Of a stretch of 56,268 bases of DNA, positions 1 to 8,712 are shown in pieces (position 1 is the stretch's first letter; every line of letters begins with the position of its first letter). The translations under genes and the position numbers were made by a program. This stretch comes from Spirochaetales bacterium. Lineage in GTDB: Bacteria; Spirochaetota; Spirochaetia; Sphaerochaetales; Sphaerochaetaceae. The notes under the pieces were generated by a model that saw nothing but the letters and a program-made list of their open reading frames with translations, ran no database searches and was not told the DNA's origin. Where the stretch lies: positions 1 to 56,268 of the forward strand of contig JALFRH010000053.1 in assembly GCA_022785155.1 (NCBI GenBank), written 5' to 3'.

Positions 1-223
1 AGGCTTCCCTTACAAGAGCGAATGCCTTGGGGAGGATTTCATCAAGGCTTCCACCATTCTTGATCTCTTCTTTCCATTTATTCGTATATAAAGGGAATTC
101 TTCATCTTTAAGGCTTTCAGCCCAACTGTATTCTTTTTTTACAGACTCCAGGATAGGGGTCAATCTCTTCATATCTTTCTGCTGCTTGGTGCCGCCAAAC
201 AGCATTGTCAAAAAATTAGCCAT
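1..223 (-). CDS. secA: Preprotein translocase ATPase SecA, first 74 codons only; the gene continues past the window start
   Basis: Reverse-strand ATG at 223-221 opens MANFLTMLFGGTKQQKDMKRLTPILESVKKEY...LDEILPKAFALVREA, the canonical SecA N-terminus. The frame stays open to position 1. It is absent from the ORF track because the window edge truncates it. Confidence 0.8.
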   Translation of the reverse strand, partial: MANFLTMLFGGTKQQKDMKRLTPILESVKKEYSWAESLKDEEFPLYTNKWKEEIKNGGSLDEILPKAFALVREA

Positions 224-345
224 GGAATAAGTTTAACCATTTTTTCTTTCAAAGGGTAGGCGTAACCTTAAATAGAGTAAATGGTTTCTATAAGTAGGTA
301 GATTTGCCCTCTAAAATCGGGTTAAAATGACACATGGAGGATATA

Positions 346-870
346 ATGGATTGGACTCTGGCTGTTGGCAGCGTTAATTTTGGCATATTCGATCTTGTTA
401 CCTTTGCCTTGGTATTGATAGCAGGTATTACAGGTATTGCAGTAGGGTTTTCCCGCTCTGCTCTGAAAATGCTATCTTATGTGGTCTCATTTCCTTTGGC
501 TTTATTGTTTGTGGAGCCGTTGTCAGCCTTTATTAGGGAACATGTAGAGATGAAACAGGTATGGGCCAGCCTCATTTCATATATAGTTCTTTGTCTATTG
601 ATATTCATTTTGATAAAATTACTGGGAAACCTATTGGGTGTAGCCTTTGATACGCTGTCCCTTGGCTGGCTCGATTCATCCTTGGGCTTCATTTTCTGTG
701 GCTTCATCGCCTTTATGTTTATCTTTGTATTATTGGAGTTGGCATCTCTCCAGAAATTCGTAGATTTTACACCTTTGAAAGAAAACAGTATCATCTATAC
801 ACAGGTCTTCTGTAGGATCTTTCCTACAATAGACAGAGCATTCAAAGGAGCCTTAGTTGCCATTAGATAA
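346..870 (+). CDS. CvpA-family (colicin V production) integral membrane protein
   Basis: Small protein with about four TM segments and the CvpA-like N-terminus (FDLVTFALVLIAGITG..GFSRSAL). GGAGG at 336-340 lies 5 nt before the ATG at 346. The ATG at 334 is an alternative start. Confidence 0.65.
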   Translation: MDWTLAVGSVNFGIFDLVTFALVLIAGITGIAVGFSRSALKMLSYVVSFPLALLFVEPLSAFIREHVEMKQVWASLISYIVLCLLIFILIKLLGNLLGVAFDTLSLGWLDSSLGFIFCGFIAFMFIFVLLELASLQKFVDFTPLKENSIIYTQVFCRIFPTIDRAFKGALVAIR

Positions 871-2014
871 TCTATTTGAAATCCAAAATAATACAGCCTC
901 GGATATTTTGGATAGTTATAATTCCGGCTTGCTTCCCCAGTCCCTGCTTTTTTATGGGCCCAGGAACTCCGGCAGGCTTACAGGAGCCATGGATCTCTCT
1001 TTTCTTCTTACAGGAGAAGAAGACAAAAGGGATATCCTTAGGTCCCAGTCCATAATATATCTGCCCCAAAGGGAAATGGGGGCAAGGATCAAGACTGCAT
1101 TGGAGCTCTTCAAGACACAGAGGACCAGGGCCTCCAGGCTCTTTCTCCTTGAAAGCTTGAGACTTGTGCTGATGCAATACCATCCGGCTCTATCTGTAGC
1201 GGCTACAAATACTTCATCTTCCTATTTTTCAATGGCAGGAGAGATAGATGAGTTGTTGTTGGATTTCGAAGATGATGTGGATTTGTCCGATAAAGAGATG
1301 AAGGCTTTTTCCAATGAAATTGAAAGGTGCCTTGATCCCCGTTTCCTTTATGGTGGTAAAAAGAATCCCAGCCCCGTATCCATAGATCAGATAAGGGCTG
1401 TACAGGAATACTTTTCCCAGCTGGGGGAAGAAAAGATCGTAGTCTTCGAGAATGTGGAGGATGCAACAGAAGGGGCGAAGAACAGTCTCTTGAAAATGCT
1501 TGAGGAGCCTGAGGACAAGAGCCACATGATTCTTATTTCCTCCAATCCCCAGAAACTTTTGGAAACAATACTATCAAGGGTAAGGAAGTTCCAGTTCCCT
1601 TCTTTGGGTGAGAAAAAGACATCTCTCTTGATAAAGAAGAAGTTCAGCGTCTGGGAAGACTATCCATCCTTCGATTCCTTTTTCTTTGAGAAAGGAAGTG
1701 GAGAGGAGGCGAGAAAGGAATTCGAAGAAGACCTTAGGACTGTTTCTGAGAGTCTCCTTTCCTCTGTTTTCCTCCCAGGTGAAAAGGAAGAGGAAATACT
1801 TTCCTCCATAGAAAAGCTTTCTGCATGGAGCCACTTTGTTGAAAGTTTGTTATATTTATTGGAAAAGGCTTGGAAAGAAGGAAGAATAAGCAGTATGGAT
1901 GCCAAGAAGAAAGGTGATATCCTTAATTCTTATTTCATTTCCACTGATGTCTACAATATGGGACCAAGAATGGCCTTTGATTTACTTTTAAGGGAGGCGA
2001 TCAGTGTCAAATAG
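857..2014 (+). CDS. holB: DNA polymerase III delta-prime subunit (clamp-loader AAA+ protein with degenerate P-loop)
   Basis: LLFYGPRNSGR.. followed by SLLKMLEEPEDKSHMILISSNPQKLLETILSRVRKFQF, the sensor-1/SRC region typical of HolB. TTG start overlaps the cvpA end. Confidence 0.7.
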   Translation: MPLDNLFEIQNNTASDILDSYNSGLLPQSLLFYGPRNSGRLTGAMDLSFLLTGEEDKRDILRSQSIIYLPQREMGARIKTALELFKTQRTRASRLFLLESLRLVLMQYHPALSVAATNTSSSYFSMAGEIDELLLDFEDDVDLSDKEMKAFSNEIERCLDPRFLYGGKKNPSPVSIDQIRAVQEYFSQLGEEKIVVFENVEDATEGAKNSLLKMLEEPEDKSHMILISSNPQKLLETILSRVRKFQFPSLGEKKTSLLIKKKFSVWEDYPSFDSFFFEKGSGEEARKEFEEDLRTVSESLLSSVFLPGEKEEEILSSIEKLSAWSHFVESLLYLLEKAWKEGRISSMDAKKKGDILNSYFISTDVYNMGPRMAFDLLLREAISVK

Positions 2015-3179
2015 ATTACTTAGAAGGGTTTCAGAGGATCTTTCTCAATGCCCTGAAAAAGAACTGAAAAATCTAATTCTACAAGCCCTGGAGGAGAGCG
2101 ATTTATATTCAGCTCTCTTCAATAGTCTTGATGACGGTCATGTGATATTGGATGAAAAGGGCGTTGTGGTCATGGCCAATCAGCGTATCTTCTCTCTTGT
2201 TCCCTATCAAAGAAAGTATAGAAACAGACCTTTGGAGGGTATGTCTCTCAGAGAGTGCATATCGGATGAAGACCTGTGTATTTATATAGAGGATGTAATA
2301 AATGGAAAACAAAAGGGTGAAGACAGGGACTTTACCATACAGGTTGGCTCTGAACTAAGGACCCTGAGAGTATCTTTCAGGCGCCTCTACACATCCAATA
2401 ACCAATATATGGATATCATCATTGCAGATATCTCTGAAGATATAAGGAAGGAGACAAGGCTTAGAAGAAGCGAAAGCCTTGCCAGCATGACGACCATGGC
2501 TGCAGGTGTGGCCCATGAAATTAAGAACCCCTTGGCTGCAATGCAGATACATACCCAGCTTATGAGGAAGGCTTTCCAGCGTTTTGGTTCCTTGGATGAA
2601 GAAAAGGCCGAAAAGTATTTGTCCGTCATTGAAGAAGAGACGGAACACCTGAATAAGATTGCTGTGGATTTTCTATATGCAGTGAAGCCTCTGGATGTGG
2701 AACTGAGGCTTGGTTCCCTGAATGAAGAAATAGAGGAAGTCATATCTTTCCTGCTTCCTGAAGCAGAGGAAAAGAATATTCAGGTGGAAACAAAGCTGGA
2801 CCCATTTATCCCGCGTATCGAGTTTGACAAGAGACTTGTGAAGCAGGCCTTGTTGAACCTGGTGCAGAATGCCTTTGCCGCCATGAGCGAGGGGGGGAAG
2901 CTTGGAATCACAAGTAAAAACCAAGGGGACTTCATCTCTCTCAGAATAAAAGACAATGGCTGCGGTATTCCCGAAGACAAGCTTTCCAAGATCTTCGAAC
3001 CTTATTATACGACCAAGGCCAGCGGCACCGGTTTGGGCTTGACCCTTGTATATAAGATAATGAAGGAACACAACGGAGATATACATGTAAAGAGCGAATT
3101 GGGAAAAGGAACCGAGTTCATCTTGGATTTCCCTGTTCCTGTCAGTGAAAGAAAGGCTCTGAAAGGGGGTGAAGAGTGA
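2004..3179 (+). CDS. Sensor histidine kinase (PAS-HisKA-HATPase, cytoplasmic, NtrB/Hk2-like)
   Basis: H-box AHEIKNPLAAM. N, G1 and G2 boxes are present (LLNLVQNAFAAM, IKDNGCGIP, GTGLGLTLVYKIM). GTG start lies 6 nt after AGGGAGG. No TM segments. Confidence 0.85.
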   Translation: MSNRLLRRVSEDLSQCPEKELKNLILQALEESDLYSALFNSLDDGHVILDEKGVVVMANQRIFSLVPYQRKYRNRPLEGMSLRECISDEDLCIYIEDVINGKQKGEDRDFTIQVGSELRTLRVSFRRLYTSNNQYMDIIIADISEDIRKETRLRRSESLASMTTMAAGVAHEIKNPLAAMQIHTQLMRKAFQRFGSLDEEKAEKYLSVIEEETEHLNKIAVDFLYAVKPLDVELRLGSLNEEIEEVISFLLPEAEEKNIQVETKLDPFIPRIEFDKRLVKQALLNLVQNAFAAMSEGGKLGITSKNQGDFISLRIKDNGCGIPEDKLSKIFEPYYTTKASGTGLGLTLVYKIMKEHNGDIHVKSELGKGTEFILDFPVPVSERKALKGGEE

Positions 3180-4540
3180 AAACCATATTGATAGTGGATG
3201 ATGAGAAAAACATCGTCAGCGGTTTGGAAGAAGCCTTTACTCTCGAAGGTTATTCCGTTTTGACGGCTTATGATGGCAAGGAAGCTTGGGATAAGGTAAA
3301 CACAAACAACGTAGACCTTGTCATAACCGATCTGAGAATGCCCATGATGAATGGAAATGAGCTTGTTGAAAGAATCAGTTCCTCATATCCTATGCTTCCT
3401 GTCATTGTATTGACCGGCCATGGAACCATAGAGACTGCAGTGGAGTCCATGAGAAAGGGTGCCGTAGATTTCTTTACGAAGCCTGTGGACTTGGACAAGC
3501 TCTTTCTTGTTGTCAAAAAGTGTCTGGCAAATAGTGAGCTTCAGGAACAAAACAAAAAGCTTACTGAAGAAATCGAGAAGTTAAAGAATCAACAGAAATA
3601 CTCCAAGATCATAGGTAAGAGTGGAAAAGTGGCTTCCCTTATGGAGACAATAAACCAAGTGGCTCCAAGTAAAGCAACTGTTCTTATCACTGGTGAAAGC
3701 GGAACAGGAAAGGAGCTGGTCGCAGATGCCATAGAATCCCTTTCCACCCGTCATGGAAAGCCCTTTATCAAGGTCCATTGTGCTTCTTTGTCTTCTACAC
3801 TTCTGGAATCTGAGTTGTTCGGACATGAAAAGGGAGCCTTTACAGGTGCTACATCCCAAAAGAAGGGACGATTCGAGCTGGCAGACGGTGGCACCCTGTT
3901 TTTGGATGAAATCGGTGAAATAGATGCAGCGACACAAGTCAAACTCTTGAGAGTCCTTCAGGAACGCGAGTTTGAAAGAGTAGGCGGGGAGAAGACCATC
4001 AGCGTTGATGTAAGGGTGATTGCTGCAACCAATAGAGACCTTAAGGAAGAGGTGAGGAAGGGAAACTTCAGGGAAGACCTGTATTTCAGATTGGCTGTTG
4101 TGGAGATAAATGTTCCTCCTCTCAGGGAGAGGAAAGAAGATATAGATTTGCTTTCCCTTTCCTTTGTGAAAGAGGTTGCAAAGGAAAATGGCAGGGAAAT
4201 AGATGGAATATCCCCCCATGCCAGAAAGGCCCTCTTCAGTTATTCCTGGCCAGGAAATATAAGAGAGCTTAAAAACTGCATGGAAAGCGCTGTAGTCATG
4301 GCAAAGGGCAAGACTATAGAGTTTGATGATCTTCCTTCCCATATCAGGGGTGAAAGTGAAAAGGAAAAGGCAATATCCTTGGAGCTGCCCATTACTATGG
4401 AAGAGGCTGAAAAGGCCCTCATAATGGAAACCATTTCTTTTGCTTCCGGTAATAAGACCAAGGCCGCAGAACTCTTGGGCATTGGTAGAAAGACCCTTCA
4501 TCGTAAACTTTCTGAATGGAAGGTCGAAGATGACGATTGA
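3176..4540 (+). CDS. Sigma-54-dependent response regulator (REC-AAA+-Fis HTH; NtrC/Rrp2-like enhancer-binding protein)
   Basis: Receiver domain ([17 protein letters not shown]), Walker [15 protein letters not shown] loop (HEKGAFTGA), and C-terminal [19 protein letters not shown]. The start overlaps the kinase stop (GTGA). Confidence 0.9.
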   Translation: MKTILIVDDEKNIVSGLEEAFTLEGYSVLTAYDGKEAWDKVNTNNVDLVITDLRMPMMNGNELVERISSSYPMLPVIVLTGHGTIETAVESMRKGAVDFFTKPVDLDKLFLVVKKCLANSELQEQNKKLTEEIEKLKNQQKYSKIIGKSGKVASLMETINQVAPSKATVLITGESGTGKELVADAIESLSTRHGKPFIKVHCASLSSTLLESELFGHEKGAFTGATSQKKGRFELADGGTLFLDEIGEIDAATQVKLLRVLQEREFERVGGEKTISVDVRVIAATNRDLKEEVRKGNFREDLYFRLAVVEINVPPLRERKEDIDLLSLSFVKEVAKENGREIDGISPHARKALFSYSWPGNIRELKNCMESAVVMAKGKTIEFDDLPSHIRGESEKEKAISLELPITMEEAEKALIMETISFASGNKTKAAELLGIGRKTLHRKLSEWKVEDDD

Positions 4541-6608
4541 GGATGTATTTTCACCTTTTGGCCTATTGAAGAATAAGCTTGGACAATATACTTACAGGGA
4601 AGATCAGGAGAAAATGGCTTCTTTGGTGGAGACTGCCTTTGAAGAGGGAAGGGCCTGTGTAGTTGAAGCAGGAACTGGAATAGGTAAGTCTTTCGCTTAC
4701 CTTGTCCCCGCCTTTCTTCTCCTGGAGAGGGATATGGATGCCAAGGTCATTGTGGCGACCAGTACGATTCCACTGCAGAAACAGCTTTATGATAAAGATG
4801 TTCCTTTCTTGATGGATGCCCTGTCGATAAAGCCCAGGGTCGCCATACTCTATGGTAGGGCCAACTATCTCTGTCTTCGTAAATATAAGACTATGGAAAG
4901 TGAAACGGCCCTTATTTCATCGGATTTGGATTCGGCTGAAGGCAGGCTGAGATCTTGGGTGGAGACTACAGCCACAGGCAGCAGGTCGGACATAACCGAC
5001 GGCAGAGTCGCCTATTTGATGAAGGAGATTATGAGTGACGAGGATGACTGTATGGGTAGATCCTGTCCCTTCTTTGAAGAGTGTTTCTTCTATAAAGCCA
5101 GACGTAACGCCCAAAATGCCAGACTAATAATTACAAACCATCATATCGTCCTCTCCGACGCCCAGATAAGATGGGAAAACAATGAAGATTTTTCATCTCC
5201 CACAATTCTTCCCGGTTATACTCACCTGGTCATTGATGAGGCCCACCATATTGAGAACGAGGCTACAGATGCTTTCAGCAATAAATATTCCCTCCCTTCC
5301 CTTAGGTTCTATTGCGATTCACTCAAGAGAAAAATGGGACGATATGGAAATATGTCTCTTGTGGAGTATCTTTCTCCCTATGAAAGGGAAGACTCAAGGG
5401 GGGAGGGTAAGGTTCTTTTGAAGGAAATCGAAGCCCTTGTCAATGAGGCTGAAGAGTATGATGCGCTCCTAAAGAGGGTCCTCACTTGTTTTCCAGATAG
5501 AAGAGCCATGCTTTTTAAAGAAGAGTTCTTCGCACGCTTCAGGAATAACATCAGCCTTGGGGAAGAGTTGGCCCTTATGCTGAGAAACGTAGGGGAAAGG
5601 GCCATGAGTCTATGGGAAAGCAAGGAAGAGGAGGTAAACCAATATATAGACAGGGCCGAGAGATACGGTAGCGGACTTTGTTATTTGTCTGATGTACTTC
5701 GCAGTTGGATACGCTTCAATGACTATGACAACTATATTCCATATGCAACAGACGGACCGGATGGTTCTCCTGTAATATCCATAGCACCCATGGAGGTGGG
5801 GCAGAAACTTAAGGAGAGACTTGTAGATAAACTGGAGAGCATCATCTACTGTTCTGCGACCCTCAGTGTCGGAAAAAGCTTCGAATACTTTTCAAAGCGC
5901 TCGGGACTTCAAGACTATCCTTCGTTGCTTACAGGGCTCTATCCTTCACCTTTTGACTTCCAGCATCAATTGATGTATCTCATTCCCCAGGACGGAAGGG
6001 AATGGAAAAAGAATGACCAGGGCTATGTTGACTATGCTTATAGTGTCATAAGGGACTCCATCCTCTCCAGTGGAGGCGGAGCCTTGGTTCTCTTTACTTC
6101 ATTTGCAATGATGAACGAAGTCTATGAGAGGGTTGCGGAGGACATAGGAAAAGACATGGAGCTTTTGCTGCAGAACCAAAATACCAGTAGACACGTTCTT
6201 TTGAATAGATTCAAAACAAATGAGGATTCCTCCCTTTTTGCAACTGCATCTTTCTGGGAAGGCATAGATGCTCCTGGTAATACATTGAGGTTGGTCATAA
6301 TAGTGAAACTTCCCTTTGAAGTTCCTTCTGATCCTATATATATGGCCAGAAGCAGTTATATAGACCAGCATAGCGATAGAGGTTCCTTTATGACGCTTAC
6401 AGTGCCAAACGCCGTTATAAAGATGAAGCAGGGGGTCGGAAGACTCATAAGGAACGAAGAGGACAAGGGTATTGTCATGATACTGGACGGTAGAATCGTG
6501 AAAAAGAGTTATAGGCATACTATGTTTTCTTCTCTTCCCGAGGGATATTATCCGGAAGACACCATGGTCGAAAACATTCCATCAAAAATAGAAAACTTCT
6601 TATATTGA
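4530..6608 (+). CDS. dinG: DinG/XPD-family ATP-dependent DNA helicase with Fe-S cluster cysteines
   Basis: Walker A EAGTGIGKSFAYL, DEAH box (VIDEAHHIE), and a Cys cluster between the motifs (CLRKY..C..SCPFFEEC). I chose the ATG at 4530 (MTIEDVF). The longer ORF from 4440 overlaps the upstream gene by 100 nt. Confidence 0.8.
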   Translation: MTIEDVFSPFGLLKNKLGQYTYREDQEKMASLVETAFEEGRACVVEAGTGIGKSFAYLVPAFLLLERDMDAKVIVATSTIPLQKQLYDKDVPFLMDALSIKPRVAILYGRANYLCLRKYKTMESETALISSDLDSAEGRLRSWVETTATGSRSDITDGRVAYLMKEIMSDEDDCMGRSCPFFEECFFYKARRNAQNARLIITNHHIVLSDAQIRWENNEDFSSPTILPGYTHLVIDEAHHIENEATDAFSNKYSLPSLRFYCDSLKRKMGRYGNMSLVEYLSPYEREDSRGEGKVLLKEIEALVNEAEEYDALLKRVLTCFPDRRAMLFKEEFFARFRNNISLGEELALMLRNVGERAMSLWESKEEEVNQYIDRAERYGSGLCYLSDVLRSWIRFNDYDNYIPYATDGPDGSPVISIAPMEVGQKLKERLVDKLESIIYCSATLSVGKSFEYFSKRSGLQDYPSLLTGLYPSPFDFQHQLMYLIPQDGREWKKNDQGYVDYAYSVIRDSILSSGGGALVLFTSFAMMNEVYERVAEDIGKDMELLLQNQNTSRHVLLNRFKTNEDSSLFATASFWEGIDAPGNTLRLVIIVKLPFEVPSDPIYMARSSYIDQHSDRGSFMTLTVPNAVIKMKQGVGRLIRNEEDKGIVMILDGRIVKKSYRHTMFSSLPEGYYPEDTMVENIPSKIENFLY

Positions 6609-6615
6609 GGGTGTT

Positions 6616-7650
6616 ATGGAAAGAGATGAAGTGAATGTAAAGGTCAATGGGTTCCATGCCTTTCGAACAGGATGGCCGAATTACCATTCTTCAGTTTTCC
6701 GAGACAAGGTGGAAATCGTTACAAACGGGCATGGCAGGATAATAGGAGTTACAAATCCTTTGTCCCTGAGATATGCCGTCGTTCCCTCCTCTGCTGAAGG
6801 AATCCAGATATTGGAGATAGGTAAGAATGCCTTCTCGGAGTGCAAGAACCTCAGGTCCATTGTCTTTTCAGATAACCTTGAGTACTGCGGTGAAGGAGCC
6901 TTTGCCGGTACTGAAAACCTTGAAGAGTGTGTCTTTTCTTCAAAAGAGATTGAATTTGGTGACGCAGTATTCTCTTCCTCAGGAATCAAGAGTTTTTCTT
7001 TCCCTTCCAAGTGCACCATGGTTCCTTCCAGATTTTTTCAGGATGCCAAAAGACTCTTTTCTGTTTCAATGCCCTTGGATCTAAAGAGAATCGGTACTCT
7101 TTCTTTTGCAGGAACCAAGAGCCTGAGGTCCATCGACCTTGGTTTCAGGTTGAAGGAAATACCGGACGGAGCCTTTCTTTCCAGTGGAATAGAATCCATT
7201 TCCCTTTCAAATACAATAAAGAGAATAGGAGTGTCCGCCTTTTCAATGGCCTGTAGGCTGGAATCCATTTGGTACGACGGCTCACCGGAAGGTTTCAGAG
7301 GAATGGATTTTGGCATCCATTGGAATAAAGGCATAGCAAAAAACGCAGTTTTGTATGTAAAGAATGAAGAGGGGGGATGGATAAACGCTTTTGAAATGAA
7401 AAGCACCAATAAGGGGAAAGAAGAGGGGAAGGTGGATCCTGTTCTTGAAAAGTATCTGAAGATATTGGGCTTTGATTCCCTTCCCACCCATAGCATTCTT
7501 ATGGAGAGATATAGGAGCCTATCCAGAAAATTCCATCCGGATTCAATCTCTTCTTTAGGCTTGGACCAGGAGTTTTTGGAGTTTGCCTCAAAGAGATTTA
7601 TAGAAATCCATGATGCATATCTATATATATCCCAGGTCATTAAAAAATGA
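6616..7650 (+). CDS. BspA-type leucine-rich-repeat protein with C-terminal J-domain; no signal peptide
   Basis: Repeated I..I...AF..C..L..I units (LRR_5/BspA type) through about residue 215. C-terminal YLKILGF...YRSLSRKFHPDS...RFIEIHDAY carries the HPD motif. GAGGGTG RBS. Confidence 0.7.
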   Translation: MERDEVNVKVNGFHAFRTGWPNYHSSVFRDKVEIVTNGHGRIIGVTNPLSLRYAVVPSSAEGIQILEIGKNAFSECKNLRSIVFSDNLEYCGEGAFAGTENLEECVFSSKEIEFGDAVFSSSGIKSFSFPSKCTMVPSRFFQDAKRLFSVSMPLDLKRIGTLSFAGTKSLRSIDLGFRLKEIPDGAFLSSGIESISLSNTIKRIGVSAFSMACRLESIWYDGSPEGFRGMDFGIHWNKGIAKNAVLYVKNEEGGWINAFEMKSTNKGKEEGKVDPVLEKYLKILGFDSLPTHSILMERYRSLSRKFHPDSISSLGLDQEFLEFASKRFIEIHDAYLYISQVIKK

Positions 7651-7691
7651 GGGAATTTCTTCCCTCATCTGACTATATCTATATAGACGAA

Positions 7692-7955
7692 TTACTCAAT
7701 GACAGCAAGGATATCGCCTGCACCAAGGATGAGATATTCTTCTCCATTGTCCTTGATCTGTGTTCCTGCATATTTGTCATGAAGAACCTGCTGGCCGACT
7801 TTGACCTTGATGGATTCATCGTCGCCTACAGCTACAACGGTAGCAATCTGTGTCTTTTCCTGTGCTGTCTGAGGAATAAAGAGACCTCCTGCTGTCTTAG
7901 TCTCAGCTTCCTTAGCCTTAAGAAGAACTCTGTCTCCAAGTGGAATAATCTTCAT
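7692..7955 (-). CDS. groES: Co-chaperonin GroES (10 kDa); no adjacent groEL
   Basis: MKIIPLGDRVLLK..ETKTAGGLFIP...VKVGQQVL..KYAGTQIK..GEEYLIL...DILAVIE is full-length GroES. Confidence 0.95.
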   Translation of the reverse strand: MKIIPLGDRVLLKAKEAETKTAGGLFIPQTAQEKTQIATVVAVGDDESIKVKVGQQVLHDKYAGTQIKDNGEEYLILGAGDILAVIE

Positions 7956-8012
7956 TTTCTATACCTCTTGTAATTAGTTTTCTTTTGTAGTTGTGTTTTC
8001 AACACAATTGAG

Positions 8013-8041
8013 AATATAACCACGTAATGATGTGACGGCAA
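8013..8041 (-). promoter_or_regulatory. Candidate sigma-70 promoter for groES (TTGCCG-17 nt-TATATT on the minus strand)
   Basis: Minus strand reads TTGCCG tcacatcattacgtggt TATATT. The predicted start falls at the 7-bp palindrome at 7991-8007. Confidence 0.35.
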
Positions 8042-8167
8042 GAGCAAAAAGAGAAGTTTTCAATTTCTTCGTGATTTTACTCAATCACAAAATATGTAAA
8101 AAAAGTGTAGTTTTGGCTCTTGTCTAATGTAGAAACCTTATTATCTTTATTCCAATGGGTGTAACAA

Positions 8168-8542
8168 ATGGAAAGTAATGTATTGACCAAGAAGGAAATC
8201 TCCAAGGGAGAGAAGGGAGGCTTGATATTAAAGGATATCTTTGACAGTTATGCCTCCATCTTCCTTCCAAGATTGGGGAACAAGTGTCCTCGATGTGAAG
8301 AGTTCAAAGCTTTCTTTCGTTACCAACTTGCAACATATCTTTCCCTTAAAAAGAATTATACTCTTGCCCTTCCTGAAGGTGACATGGTGTCCGATCTTAT
8401 TCTGGATACCTATGAAGAGTTTGAAGAAGATGTAGAGTCTTCAATGATTCCAATTTCCAATGAGGGAAGGGTGAATATGCTGTTGGATATCAGAATCCAG
8501 TTTCCGTGCCAAAATGACCCTTTTGATGATATTTTGGAGTGA
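8168..8542 (+). CDS. Hypothetical protein (124 aa, acidic C-terminus, one CxxC)
   Basis: ORF with no recognisable family. Codon usage is similar to its neighbours. Confidence 0.45.
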   Translation: MESNVLTKKEISKGEKGGLILKDIFDSYASIFLPRLGNKCPRCEEFKAFFRYQLATYLSLKKNYTLALPEGDMVSDLILDTYEEFEEDVESSMIPISNEGRVNMLLDIRIQFPCQNDPFDDILE

Positions 8543-8668
8543 GGTGTGTCAAATTGTCTCAAAAAGACAAGGTTTTCACTCCCTTGTGTCAAAAGGAAAC
8601 TATCCACACAATTAATTCAAAGTGAGTTTTTTACTTAATTCCTTATAAAATAAGAAATAAAATAAATT

Positions 8669-8684
8669 TGGCATAATTATTTCA
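8669..8684 (+). promoter_or_regulatory. Candidate sigma-54 (-24/-12) promoter upstream of the alternative sigma-factor gene
   Basis: TGGCATAATTATTTCA compared with consensus TGGCAC-N5-TTGCW. The GG is correctly spaced and the -12 element reads TTTC rather than TTGC. The predicted start near 8695 lies just before RBS AAGGAG (8699-8704) and the ATG at 8713. Confidence 0.3.
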
Positions 8685-8712
8685 TGTGTATTGGTGTTAA
8701 GGAGAAACCAAT

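Noticed and set aside
27-230. A 67-aa + strand ORF at the window start.
   Set aside because: It is antisense to the clear SecA N-terminus on the minus strand.
3581-4501. A 306-aa ORF antisense to the sigma-54 activator gene.
   Set aside because: It lies entirely within a strongly supported AAA+ gene on the opposite strand. It has no RBS or motifs and its composition is typical of antisense translation.
7647-7973. A 108-aa + strand ORF overlapping groES.
   Set aside because: It is antisense to an unambiguous, full-length groES and is Cys/Leu-rich nonsense.
7956-8167. CIRCE (HrcA operator) upstream of groES.
   Set aside because: I searched both strands by eye for TTAGCACTC-N9-GAGTGCTAA and near variants and found none.
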